Shown here: positions 1 to 11,458 of the stretch, piece by piece
How positions within the stretch are numbered: the stretch's first letter is position 1
Layout of the letters: every line of letters begins with the position of its first letter
Source: Octopus vulgaris
Lineage: Eukaryota
Assembly (NCBI GenBank): GCA_951406725.2
Contig: OX597828.1
Location: forward strand, 75,764,001-75,828,000
Direction: 5' to 3'
Length of the DNA stretch: 64,000 bases
Translations under genes and position numbers: made by a program
The notes under the pieces: model-generated
Database searches by the model: none
Told to the model about the DNA's origin: nothing
Seen by the model: the letters and a program-made list of their open reading frames with translations, nothing else

Positions 1-1026
1 CTTTTTTCTCCATTCTAAGTTTACCTCTGTCTTTGTCTGTTCGTCCTTTTCTTTGCACGTTCTCTCTTCTTTTTCTTCTGTTATCTTGCTTTTGATTTTT
101 TTCTTTTTTAGAACTTTCGGTGGTGATTCCACCCTTGTTCTCTTCCTATCTTCTGTTCTTTCCTCCTCTGCACTTGCACGTTCTTCTTCCACATCCTCAA
201 TTAGCTGCTCCTCCGTTTGCGCCTCAACTGCTTTCATTTCCTCCTGCATTTCTCCCTCCTCCACACACGTATCTTTCCACTCCTTCGTTACAGCCTCCGG
301 TGCTATCGTTTTCTCCAGCGGGCACACATCCTTCATGTGGCCTCTTAATTTGCAATTATAACAGACTTGGGGTCTTCCCTCTACCACGACTCTAAGCCGT
401 GTCTCATCATGGAAGACCAACTCCTCCGGGATGTTGTATAGGTCTGGCACGGCTATATGTGCCAGAACCTGTACCGCATATCCCCACCACTTAACTTCTG
501 TTGACTTTTCCACCTTCACCGCCTCCACACTTGCCTTGCAGTTGAAAACTACTGCCGCTAATATCCTCTCCATGTTAAGTTCGGGCGAAATCCTAATAAT
601 TCTTATTCTGACTGCCCTCTTTCCGCAGTAACTAGGTAATAAAGTCCAACTTTCCGATTTCAGAATTTTTGTCGCATTCTTTCTTGCTTCATTTTCATTT
701 TTAAAGCGTACCACCACTGTGGCATATTTCCTTCCTCTGTTGAAAAAGGTAGGTTCACCCTCAATTCCTTGCAGACATTTCTCTATTTCTTCCATCTCTG
801 CTACTTCTATTTTTCTTGACGCCACACAACATGTCCTGTATGTTATCATACGTTTCTCCGTGTTGTTTTCTTTTTCGGACGGTGTGACTCTCACGCAGTC
901 ACCCTCCCTCTTCAAACTGTCGAAATATTTTTCTAAAGTCTTCTTCTCGACTACCACTTCTTCCATTTCTAGTCGACTCGCAACCAGGCCTCTGCCTGCT
1001 GCTCTCGCATACGTCTGGTCTTGCAT
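1..1026 (-). CDS. ORF1p/gag-like nucleic-acid-binding protein (RRM-like region + CCHC zinc knuckle), intact, runs off the left window edge
   Basis: Manual translation from ATG at 1026 is stop-free to position 1 (342 codons): MQDQTYARAAGRG...FFNRGRKYATVVVRF...LLPSYCGKRAVRIRI...RLRVVVEGRPQVCYNCKLRGHMKDVCP...RKRTRVESPPK. CX2CX4HX4C knuckle is intact. Probably absent from the ORF track because no stop lies in the window. Collinear with the protein at 36590-37863. Confidence 0.85.
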   Translation of the reverse strand, partial: MQDQTYARAAGRGLVASRLEMEEVVVEKKTLEKYFDSLKREGDCVRVTPSEKENNTEKRMITYRTCCVASRKIEVAEMEEIEKCLQGIEGEPTFFNRGRKYATVVVRFKNENEARKNATKILKSESWTLLPSYCGKRAVRIRIIRISPELNMERILAAVVFNCKASVEAVKVEKSTEVKWWGYAVQVLAHIAVPDLYNIPEELVFHDETRLRVVVEGRPQVCYNCKLRGHMKDVCPLEKTIAPEAVTKEWKDTCVEEGEMQEEMKAVEAQTEEQLIEDVEEERASAEEERTEDRKRTRVESPPKVLKKKKIKSKITEEKEERTCKEKDEQTKTEVNLEWRKK

Positions 1027-1143
1027 TTTCAAAATCTCCAAATAAAATTCACCACGTCCTCCAGCAACGAACTCGAACTCACAACCTCTTCACAATGACG
1101 CACTCAAAACAAACACACGAGAATAACGACTCCAAAAAAAATA
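1..1143 (-). mobile_element. ORF1-encoding non-LTR element, copy 1 (5' part; 3' end outside window)
   Basis: GT-rich 5' leader (1143-1027) and an ORF homologous to copy 2. The 5' junction directly follows CAGCTGACC (1152-1144, minus) of a hammerhead-bearing repeat. Confidence 0.7.
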
Positions 1144-1692
1144 GGTCAGCTGGTGATATTTGTCTCGACTTCGCAATTGTATATATCTATAATTCAGTGA
1201 AGTCTATTCACTGATTATCAAAATAAGAAATACTGAATTTCTAAATCTCTCGTAGATACATGTACGGTGGTGGGGCGATAGAATGGTTGTATACTGTCAA
1301 TCGAACACGAACGTGACAGTAGGGGGGTACACAACCGCTGTATAGTCCTAGGAAGCATCGAACGCCTCCTGATAGCTTTGACACATTTTTCCCTGTGTCC
1401 TTATATACATTTACGAAGGGGAGACAAACACCCCCGGCCGCCGAAGAGTAGCAGACACCGGTCAGCTGACCGGTGTCTGCTACTCTAGGCCGCTGAAGGA
1501 CAATGATCCTGAAAAACGTGTCCCTAGATGCAGCTTCGGCGGCCGGGGGTGTTTGTCTCCCCTTCGTAAATGTATATAAGGACACAAATGTGTCAAAGCC
1601 ATCAGGAGGCGTTCGATGCTTCCTAGGGCTATACAGCGGTGGTGTACCCCCCTACTGTCACGTTCGTGTTAGATTGGCAGTATACAAACATT
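1144..1692. mobile_element. Retrozyme/Penelope pLTR-like repeat with fold-back arrangement
   Basis: Inverted arms 1282-1446 and 1534-1692, perfect 42-bp palindrome 1445-1486, HHR-like motif 1484-1528, ends in a (TA)n tract. Confidence 0.65.
1484..1528 (+). ncRNA. Degenerate type I hammerhead ribozyme
   Basis: TCTAGG-CCGCTGA-AGGA caatga TCCT-GAAA-aacgt-GTC-CCTAGA. Stem I (6 bp) and stem II (4 bp) are intact; the core differs from CUGAUGA at two positions, so this copy is probably inactive. Confidence 0.6.
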
Positions 1693-1746
1693 ATATATAT
1701 ATATATATACACATATATATATATATACATATATATATATACACAC

Positions 1747-1781
<35 letters not shown>

Positions 1782-2495
1782 CATATATATATACACATAT
1801 ATAAATATATATATATGTATATATATACATATATATATAAACATATATATATACATATATATATATATGCATATATATATATATATATATATATACATTA
1901 TTTGAATGGACCATAAACAAAACTTGACTTAAACAGGAGTTAGATAATCCTATTAGGTGGTGCTATTAAGTTAGACATGGCCTGGACCAATCTTTGGTCG
2001 AAACATATCTAAGTTTTATGTAAGTTTTATATATACATATATATATATGTACATATATATACATACATATATATATACATATATATATATATGCATATAT
2101 ATATATATATATATATATACAAAAATATATATATATACATATATATATATATACATATATATATACATATATATATATACATACACATATATATATATAT
2201 ATACATATACAAAATGAGAAAATGGAGAAATATATCTAAATCAATCACCAACCATCAGATAATACCCAATCAATACTTTATTAAACCATTACACAATAGC
2301 AATGATATTATACATTAATATAGTACAAATATAACAAGACATAGAAATAGAAATAGAAATACATTTACATTGAGGGTTGAATTTACAACCCCTATCTCAT
2401 TTTATATATATACATATATATACATATATATATATACATATATATACATATATATACATATATATATATACATATATACATACATATATATATAC

Positions 2496-2530
<35 letters not shown>

Positions 2531-2655
2531 ATATATACATATATATATTGTTATATTTCGGAATGGTCATATTGCCAGTTTAGCCAATAAAATCTTGCAC
2601 AACAAATATTTAAACGTACATATATATACATATATATATATATATTTCATTTTTT

Positions 2656-2694
<39 letters not shown>

Positions 2695-2858
2695 TATACA
2701 TATATATATATACATATATATATATATATGTAGGTCCCGAGTTGAGTCAGGGTTAACCACAGTAAATAAGGTACTCAATACATAGCAGAGTAAATTAATT
2801 TATTTTATAGAAGGAGCTTCTACAGGACTAGAACTGTTTCATTCAAAAGAAATCATCA

Positions 2859-2913
2859 GGAGCTTCCTGATGATTTCTTTTGAATGAAACAGTTCTAGTC
2901 CTGTAGAAGCTCC
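2859..2913 (+). ncRNA. Type I hammerhead ribozyme inside a ~120-bp palindrome (~2803-2922)
   Basis: GGAGCTTC-CTGATGA-tTTC tttt GAAt-GAA-ACAG ttctagtc CTGT-A-GAAGCTCC. 8-bp stem I, intact core, 4-bp stem III, GUA triplet (predicted cut after 2905). Stem II is weak (3 bp plus a U-U mismatch). Confidence 0.8.
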
Positions 2914-2977
2914 TTCTATAAAACATATATATATATATATATATACGCGAGAAATGAAGCAACAAGAATGGATAGGT

Positions 2978-3067
2978 TTTTAGTACAATCGTTTCATACA
3001 AGGACAGGTTTTATTAAAAGTTGCAAAATTACAGCATATAAACGTGTCCCGTACTCATCAGCTAAAA
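2978..3067 (-). ncRNA. Type I hammerhead ribozyme (left-arm copy)
   Basis: Reverse complement of the motif at 3836-3926. Confidence 0.75.
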
Positions 3068-3835
3068 TACATGTGAGTTCTCTAGACATCCTAGTGGTTG
3101 AGGCTATACTCATGAAGTAATGTAGATAATTAAGTAACATAAACAGATTTCAAAAGTTCATTAAAGTTCTTTAAAGATGATGTACAGTCTTATCACAGAA
3201 TTTTTAAAAAGTCTTAATAGCATCACAGAGAAGGTGACCCAATCCATAGTGCACATATGAATTTCCAGAGATATGATGAGGGATTACATACTCACAGAAG
3301 GCAAATTTATCCATTGTTAATTACAACGAGGTGGGTTTCAATTCCTGCTTATTAGCATTACAGAGAGGGTGAATTAATCCTTTGTATAGATGCACAATTT
3401 CCAATGGTGTAGGTGTAAATTTCAAGGAATTTCATATTCACAGGCGATAAATTTATCGCCTGTGAATATGAAATTCCTTGAAATTTACACCTACACCATT
3501 GGAAATTGTGCATCTATACAAAGGATTAATTCACCCTCTCTGTAATGCTAATAAGCAGGAATTGAAACCCACCTCGTTGTAATTAACAATGGATAAATTT
3601 GCCTTCTGTGAGTATGTAATCCCTCATCATATCTCTGGAAATTCATATGTGCACTATGGATTGGGTCACCTTCTCTGTGATGCTATTAAGACTTTTTTAA
3701 AATTCTGTGATAAGACTGTACATCATCTTTAAAGAACTTTAATGAACTTTTGAAATCTGTTTATGTTACTTAATTATCTACATTACTTCATGAGTATAGC
3801 CTCAACCACTAGGATGTCTAGAGAACTCACATGTA

Positions 3836-3926
3836 TTTTAGCTGATGAGTACGGGACACGTTTATATGCTGTAATTTTTGCAACTTTTAATAAAACCTGT
3901 CCTTGTATGAAACGATTGTACTAAAA
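3836..3926 (+). ncRNA. Type I hammerhead ribozyme with extended stem II and minimal stem III
   Basis: TTTTAG-CTGATGA-GTACGGGACA...TGTCCTTGTAT-GAA-AC gatt GT-A-CTAAAA. 6-bp stem I, intact core, GUA triplet (predicted cut after 3920). Confidence 0.8.
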
Positions 3927-4072
3927 CCTATCCATTCTTGTTGCTTCATTCTCGCTTATAATCACCCCACATTACTGTATTGTTAAATCAGTATAGTTTT
4001 TTTTGGTGCATCTAAGTTAGGTACCATATTCAAGTAAATTCATTTAAATTAACTTGAATCTTTATTGCTTTT

Positions 4073-4117
<45 letters not shown>

Positions 4118-4314
4118 GTATATATAAACACACATATACATATATGCACACACATATATATATATATACACATATACATATATGCACACATATATATATA
4201 TATACGTACCCATATAGATACATATATACAAGCATATATACACACATATATACATGCATACACATATATACATGCATACATATCTAGATATACATAGATA
4301 TATACATACATATA

Positions 4315-4377
<63 letters not shown>

Positions 4378-4381
<4 letters not shown>

Positions 4382-4711
4382 GGTAAAGACCCCCTTCGGT
4401 CATGAATGACCATGGGATTGCACCTAGAAAGTTACCCTCCTAGACACAAGTCCGGGCAAGGTTGTTTATGGAAGACCAGCAGTCGCCCATGCATACCAGC
4501 CTCCCCTCTCCACGGCACCAGTGTTATCCAAGGGAAAGACAAAGGTCGATACAGCTTGGCACCAGTGACGTCGCAACTCATTTCTACAGCTGAGTGAACT
4601 GGAGCAACGTGAAATAAAGTGCTTTGCTCAAGAACACAACACGCAGCCCGGTCCGGGATTCGAGCTCACAACCTCACGATCGTAAGCTCGACGCTCTAAC
4701 CACTGAGCCAT

Positions 4712-4715
<4 letters not shown>
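4378..4715 (-). mobile_element. tRNA-derived SINE (family D)
   Basis: Minus strand starts GCGCATGGCTCAGTGGTTAGAGCG...GAGCTCGAATCCCGG (pol III A/B boxes); flanked by (TA)n. Degenerate relatives at ~40440-40600 and ~50275-50430. Confidence 0.8.
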
Positions 4716-4797
<82 letters not shown>

Positions 4798-4850
4798 CAT
4801 GTATACATACATATATACATACATATAACATACATATATACATATATACA

Positions 4851-5298
4851 TCGCGAGTGTTACGCCAGAGGTGAAAATCTGCGAAGTAGAAACATTTCTC
4901 TACTGTATATGTTTTTTAAAGAGGTTTATGATTTGTATATATTTATTTCATTAAAATGCAAAACGACACCCGACACTCACCTCCCATATTTCGTTTACCG
5001 TACAGTATATGCGAATTTTTGCTTACTCATCTACGTATTTTCTTGTAATATATTCTAATTATTGTGTTATACAGTACTGTCCTGTACTATATTATCGTTT
5101 TTTAATTACTTAATCGCGAAAATGCTTATTTTACTACTAAAATAATTAAAATCTAGAAAATTGTAAATACCTATCGGCCGCAGAAACACGTAATATATTG
5201 AGAAGTCCGTGATATAATTTTACATATATTAGCCAGAAAAATCCGCGTTGTACTGCGGGCGCGATAGGCAAGCCGTGATATTGGGAGTGTATGTTGTA
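4851..5298. mobile_element. Decayed Tigger/pogo-like MITE fragment
   Basis: CG-containing subterminal motifs (...CCGCG...GCGATAGG...GTGATAT...TGTA) resembling pogo-type ends; the left terminus is not clear. Confidence 0.35.
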
Positions 5299-5333
5299 CT
5301 CCCTTTGAAAATTCCCGACAATGTAGCTATGTA

Positions 5334-5867
5334 TTGGCTGTCCGGATAGTTAATGCCGATTTATAGTAGCTTGCCTTTAGACTTATTTTAGAACATGGTT
5401 GAGTGCATAAATTAGAATTTGATTATACCCCCAGTTTATGTTTATGTTCCTTATAACCTGTGTTAATTCTGTAACCCTTTAAAATGGAAGATGAAAAAGT
5501 CCATTTTCGGCACTCAATGCTTTGGGAACCAGATAAAAATTGCTGCAGCTCGGCTTGGATGTGTTACCCCACCCTCCATATTCACTAGATATTGCTCCTT
5601 CGGATTTCCACTTATTCAGGTCTCTGCAGAATAGTCTTAATTGTAAAAATGTCAATTTCTTGGATGACGTAAAAAGATACCTTGGTGAATTCTTTGCCTT
5701 GAAACCGCCTCATTTCTGGGAAGAGGGTATTTTCAAGTTAAAAGAAAGATGGATACACATTATGCAACAAAATGGTTCATATTTGGTTGATTAAAAATGT
5801 AATGGCAAGTATTTATTGACTTTTTTCTTTCCTTTAAGAATCGGCACGAACTTTCTGGACAACGCAA
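5334..5867 (+). mobile_element. Internally deleted mariner transposon, copy 1
   Basis: TIRs TTGGCTGTCCGGATAGTT.../...AACTTTCTGGACAACGCAA with TA flanks. Transposase N-terminus (MEDEKVHFRH) fused to the C-terminal motif VLPHPPYSLDIAPSDFHLFRSLQ. Confidence 0.92.
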
Positions 5868-6169
5868 TATTATCGATAAATGAAAATGAATTTCCTCACA
5901 CAGCACCATTTAATATTACGCTATACATTACAACCTCGAAATACTATCATATTTTGTACGCCAAACATCATGCACCACAATTCACTACTATTCGTCATAT
6001 ATCACTATATTCCATCATGAAATACTCCCATACTCCATCATACAATACCGTACATGCTGCACCGTCATGCAACTACATCAGTATACAACACTGTTCGTAC
6101 ATCACCTTACAAAACTATAAACCATAAAAACCATTAAACGCAGAATTATCTTAGTGCATCTGGCCTAAC

Positions 6170-6510
6170 CCACAGCTTCTTGGCTTTCTTTACCTCAGTC
6201 CCACCACTACTGGCCTCGCTTACCATATATTCAACAACACTGGCCAGCGCTTCTCTCCTCTGTTTCCCTTAGTTCCATCAACACCGACCTTACTCACCTT
6301 CTCCGCTATTTTTACCATAGAGCGACCTCAGCATCTCCCCTCTCTTTACCATAGTTGCACAAGTATTGATCATACCCACAACGTCTCCGCTCTCTTTATC
6401 TGTCTCAATACTATTACCCACAGCTTCTTCAATGTCTTTACCTTAGACCCACCGACACTGATCTTACCCACACCTCTCTGTCTTTTACCTTAGACCCACC
6501 GACATTAACT
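6170..6510. repeat. Degenerate minisatellite (~50-60 bp units)
   Basis: Recurring TTTACCTTAGACCCACCGACA-like units. Confidence 0.55.
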
Positions 6511-6798
6511 ATTTTAATGGAAAGATTTTTATTTCTTTTATATATTCTATTAAATTTTATATGATTTTATTTTATGCTGTATTTTATATTTGATAGATGA
6601 GGAAACAAAATATTTTAAGTGCTTTTTATGAATTACAAATTCGGTAGATGTAGTGAAACATTCTAGTAGACATAAGTGGTTGAATAAAAACAAATTATCG
6701 ATGTTTTAATAGATATTGACCAACTATATATGTTTGTATATAAATATAAGTGTTTATTTATCTATCTATCTATCTATCTATATATCTATCTATCCATA

Positions 6799-6875
<77 letters not shown>

Positions 6876-7813
6876 TAAAAACAAATCAAGAGACTAGATA
6901 ACGGAAATAAATGTTAGGACATCAGACAGAGATTGATTGGTGATTGGAAAAAAATCCGAAAACAAATATATTATACAACAATCGATAGAAAAAGTTCGAT
7001 CTATAAATGCACTAAATATTAATTAATCACTAGGCAATATTAATTGAATCTGTCAGCTTCATTAATTTCTAAAGAAAGGTAAATAATATGTTTTGTGTTT
7101 GTGTGTATAAAAGTCACAGTTTGCTGAGTTGTTGTTGTTGTTGTTGTTTCAACCTTAGTCAGCCCTGATGAAATACATTGAAGAAAAAAATCCAGCCGTG
7201 AAAATCTTTTCGTTTCTTCCTTTTCTTTTTACATAAGGAATATATTATTCAATGTGTAATTCTTTTATTCAATATGATAGTATCATCTTCGAGGGTGATT
7301 TGCTATTTCTTGCAGATTTTGTTATTTCCGCCAGAAGTTCTCTAAATGTTTGTTCGAGAGAATCAGTCATAGGTTCGTAAGGCCAGGTTGTAATTCAGGA
7401 CGTAAACTTGTTTAACTATTCTCAAAAGTTAAATTCACAAAATGATACTGGTGAGGTTGAAGGGATTAAATCCGGCATGAAAAAGTAAGACATCGAAAAG
7501 AGAAAAAAAAAAAAAAATCCCAGGAATATGTTTTCGGTACTGTGTTCTGTCAATAGCTCAGTTATTCATTCTTTATTAGATCAGGTCACTTAGCTGTGTG
7601 AACTTACAAGGTCATTATTCTAAGTAAAAGTAGAGATTGAATATTGAGTGGAAAGCGACTTTTATTTTAAAATCAGAGATACGTGGGATCTCAACATTTT
7701 CTTCTCTCCACCCGGTTTTAAAATATGTATTGTAGTATTGTATGTAACAATTTCTCTCTTAGTGTGTGTTTAAGTGTGTGTATATGTGTACTTAATATTC
7801 ATCTAGCTATCTC

Positions 7814-7883
<70 letters not shown>

Positions 7884-8441
7884 TATACGTATGAGAGAGG
7901 AAATACGTGCATATAAAATATACATACAAACACAATGTGCATATATATATATATATCAGTATAGAGAGAGACAGCGAAAATTAATGTTTGAGTATGTGTG
8001 CGTGTGTGTGTGTGCGTAAAATATATGTGTGCAAATATATATATAAATATGTATATTAACACGCTCACATATGAGAGAGAGAGGAAAGGGAATACGTGCG
8101 TATAAAATATACAAAGACACAAATAATGTGCATATATAGTTCATATATGCGTGTATATAGAGACTGAGAAAGTTAATGTTTGAGTTTGTGTGCGTATGTA
8201 TATATATATATATATATATATGATTCTGTGTAGGCATCGCGATACCAATAACAATTTGTTGGAACTCGACATACTTATACTTTATAGAAAACCATCAGAT
8301 CAGTAGAGAGCGTAATATCAATTAATGATTGACGAGAGACAAACACGTCCTTAAGTAATGAAAAGCAATAATTTGAAGAAACGGCAGAAAGGAGATCAAG
8401 GGGAGGAACAAAATCAGCAGCACCAATAATAGTAGTAACAA

Positions 8442-8492
<51 letters not shown>

Positions 8493-8749
8493 CAGCAATA
8501 ACAGCAGTAGCAACTAATTATACTCACTTGAATTATAAATGGTAACTTTAATTCAGCCAGAATGATTCATTGTTTTATAAAGCTGACAGACCTAATGACT
8601 TCACAACAATACATTTTTCTCTCTGCGTATCTTTAGTCTTTTGTAATCTTTGCTCTGGTATTTAGTAATTATGCTTTGCACTTAACATGACAATCCGATA
8701 ACAAGGGTACTGAATATATATTTAATGATATTTATATATATATATATAT

Positions 8750-8920
8750 TTTGGCACAAGACTAACAATTTACAGGGCGGGGAATTCGATTACATCATCT
8801 CCGTTGCTCAACTCGTATTCATTTTATCGAGTCAAAAAAAAATTGGAACCTAAAACGTAAAGACGAAAAAGTGCCGCAAACATTTTGTCCGGCAGGTAAC
8901 GATTCTGTCAGCTCGCAGCC
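8750..8920 (-). mobile_element. SINE family A, degenerate
   Basis: Reverse complement resembles GGCGAGCTGGCAGAATCGTT...; homologous to 27223-27455. Confidence 0.6.
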
Positions 8921-9537
8921 TTACTTATTATAAGGTATTAACATATTTCCACAAGGGATGTCAGTTGAATCAGTCACTTATTTTTGACAGAAGGTCTCGG
9001 CCAAGAGAGGGAGTCGTCAGGTGGTGTCCAATATTCTTAGCGTGTTTCGACTCTAAACCAGAAAAATAGAATGATATTCGGTCGTCCTATAAATAATGCG
9101 GTTTTTATACTTCTTTTATTTTCAAATTTAAGATAAACAAAGTTCTCTTTTACTCTAAAATAAACTCTCCTTCATTTTCTACAATTCTCTTCGATCTATC
9201 TGACTGAGTAGGAAAGCCTTCCAAAATTCTCTTGTTCATGACGAAAAACTAATCTGTATGATACTACACATTTCCCTTCTGTCACGTATGTGGTCATTAT
9301 TAAGTATTGTCGATCAACTTGTGGAAACTAGCAAACCATTTACTGATGATGATTCTCTATACATTAAGTAGGCTAAAATTTTATGATAATCTTGATATGA
9401 ATAGGATTTCAAATATTCTCCTTCAGGGCTTATGCCACAGGGGCTGAATAAACCACCATGTATGCGCTCGTGTATGCATGTATCTTCATATTTATGTGCA
9501 TCTGTGTATATTGAAGCGACATTAATTTTTATACACA

Positions 9538-9587
<50 letters not shown>

Positions 9588-9801
9588 TATATATATATAC
9601 ACAAATGAGTTAGAAGCGGTTCTAATGGTATAAACTTTGTCGATGTCTATGCATGTTGAAACGCTCTAAGACTAATATTTCTTTCGGGAAACGTCACTTT
9701 AATGACGTATGTATATTCTAACACACTACGTCTTCAAGTGACATTCCTTGGAGGAAATGTCACTGCCTAAATGCGTTTAAGCAACACGAATACGTTGAGT
9801 A

Positions 9802-10230
9802 CAGGGCCGGATTTAGACCCATAGGGGCCCTAAGCGGTTAAAAAGTTTTGGTGCTCTCAACTCTATGTAAATGGTTCAAAATGCAACCAATAATAAATCA
9901 TGAAATAATTTTTTACTTTTCAAAAGGCAACAACACTAAGAGTAAGATGCAAAATAATGCTTATTTTTGTATCCTTCCACTTTATTTAGATTTGAGAAGT
10001 TTTCTCCTCTCTTTTTTTTTTAATTGCAAAACCCTCGATGATATTCTTAAAATGAATTTACATAAAACTTCTGGTTCTATACTTAATAAAGATAAGGCAT
10101 TACGAATAATATCTTAGCAAGTTTAAATACATTTCTTTCGTGCCAAAAACCATTTTCATCTCTGTGGTGCTCCCTCCTTCCCTTGATGCCCTTAGCATGT
10201 GTTTATTCCGCTTAATGTTTAATTCAGCGC
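9802..10230. mobile_element. hAT-like MITE
   Basis: Starts CAGGGCCGGATTTAGACC...GGGGCCC and ends with a degenerate inverted terminus ...TTTAATTCAGCGCT. Confidence 0.5.
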
Positions 10231-10249
10231 TAGTTAAGTAACAACATGA

Positions 10250-10302
<53 letters not shown>

Positions 10303-10566
10303 GCATACGCACACATACAAAGCCAAAAAGTAAGAGATAGATACGTTCAATATAGAAGACATGTAGTAATGCTCAAATGATTTGAATATAGACTTCAAAA
10401 ACTTTATCGAGGACAAGCACCACGGGGTAAATAGTGGCTATAAGAGGAATCCAGGTGAGCTGAATTTGGAGATAATGATGCAGGTAAACACAATTAGGCT
10501 ATAAATATACACACATACATACATTCATACACACACACACACTATATATATATATATATGTATATG

Positions 10567-10678
<112 letters not shown>

Positions 10679-11013
10679 GATAGATAGACAGATAGATAGA
10701 CAGGTAGTTAGTTATAACAAAATATGTTTAGAAGCTTGAAAATATATATAGAAGCATATAGACAATTTATATATACACACATAGACAAATGAATTTACAT
10801 AGAGTATAAAAATATGCAAGACTACTGAGGAGAGAATGCTGAGTATTTTTCAACACGACACCTGATTCTGGAAGCTAGGAATTACGTAACACTCGTAATG
10901 TTCATAATTAGCTAATGGGATGTGCAAAAATCATGGATATGCAATCAGTAAATGGCAAAACCACTAAATACAGATATTACCATAAGACCCGCTTCCTTTA
11001 TCAACGCTTACAG

Positions 11014-11119
<106 letters not shown>

Positions 11120-11458
11120 GCGTGGAGTGTGCGCGTTTAACATATATGGGTGAATTTTATGTAGTAAGCAATTATTATCTGATGCAGAAATTTATTCAAA
11201 CTGTCGTGTTGTGCGCCATCTCTGACAATGAGAAAGAGTATTTGGGCCCACGGTGTAACTTACAAAGTATCTCTATTTGCAATATAGAAATACAACCCCG
11301 TATTCCACACCTCGCGAGTGATTATATGATTAAATATTTCGCAGTTATATTACCATACATACATACATACATACATACATTACCATACATACATACATAC
11401 ATACATAAAAATGAAAAGAATCATATTAAGCGCAATTATATTATATATATATATATAT

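Larger units (their letters stand above)
2947..4075. mobile_element. Penelope pLTR-like insertion forming a ~1-kb near-perfect palindrome (2947-3955)
   Basis: Arms 2947-3451 and 3452-3955 are reverse complements with no spacer (centre GGCGATAAA|TTTATCGCC). Each arm carries an HHR. The right arm continues ~120 nt to (TA)n. Confidence 0.7.
1693..4850. repeat. Long compound (TA)n/(TATACA)n microsatellite field interrupted by short insertions
   Basis: Seen directly; source of the many YI-repeat pseudo-ORFs. Confidence 0.95.

Noticed and set aside
53-1045. Plus-strand Ser/Phe-rich ORFs (also minus-strand 37100-37838)
   Set aside because: They are antisense shadows of the purine-rich ORF1p-like frame.
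1241-1916. Two ORFs on opposite strands sharing [14 protein letters not shown]
   Set aside because: This follows from the DNA inverted repeat; there is no sign of coding function.
1629-4843. Many ORFs with YI/IY/CV/HT repeats (also throughout the window)
   Set aside because: They are translations of dinucleotide microsatellites, which lack stop codons.
6170-6510. Repeat-spacer-like pattern suggesting CRISPR
   Set aside because: The units are degenerate without unique spacers, there are no cas genes, and the context is eukaryotic.
7155-7200. CTGATGA words as further hammerheads (also near 9343, 29845, 53930 and 55810)
   Set aside because: No properly placed stem II-GAAA-stem III-NUH-stem I arrangement.
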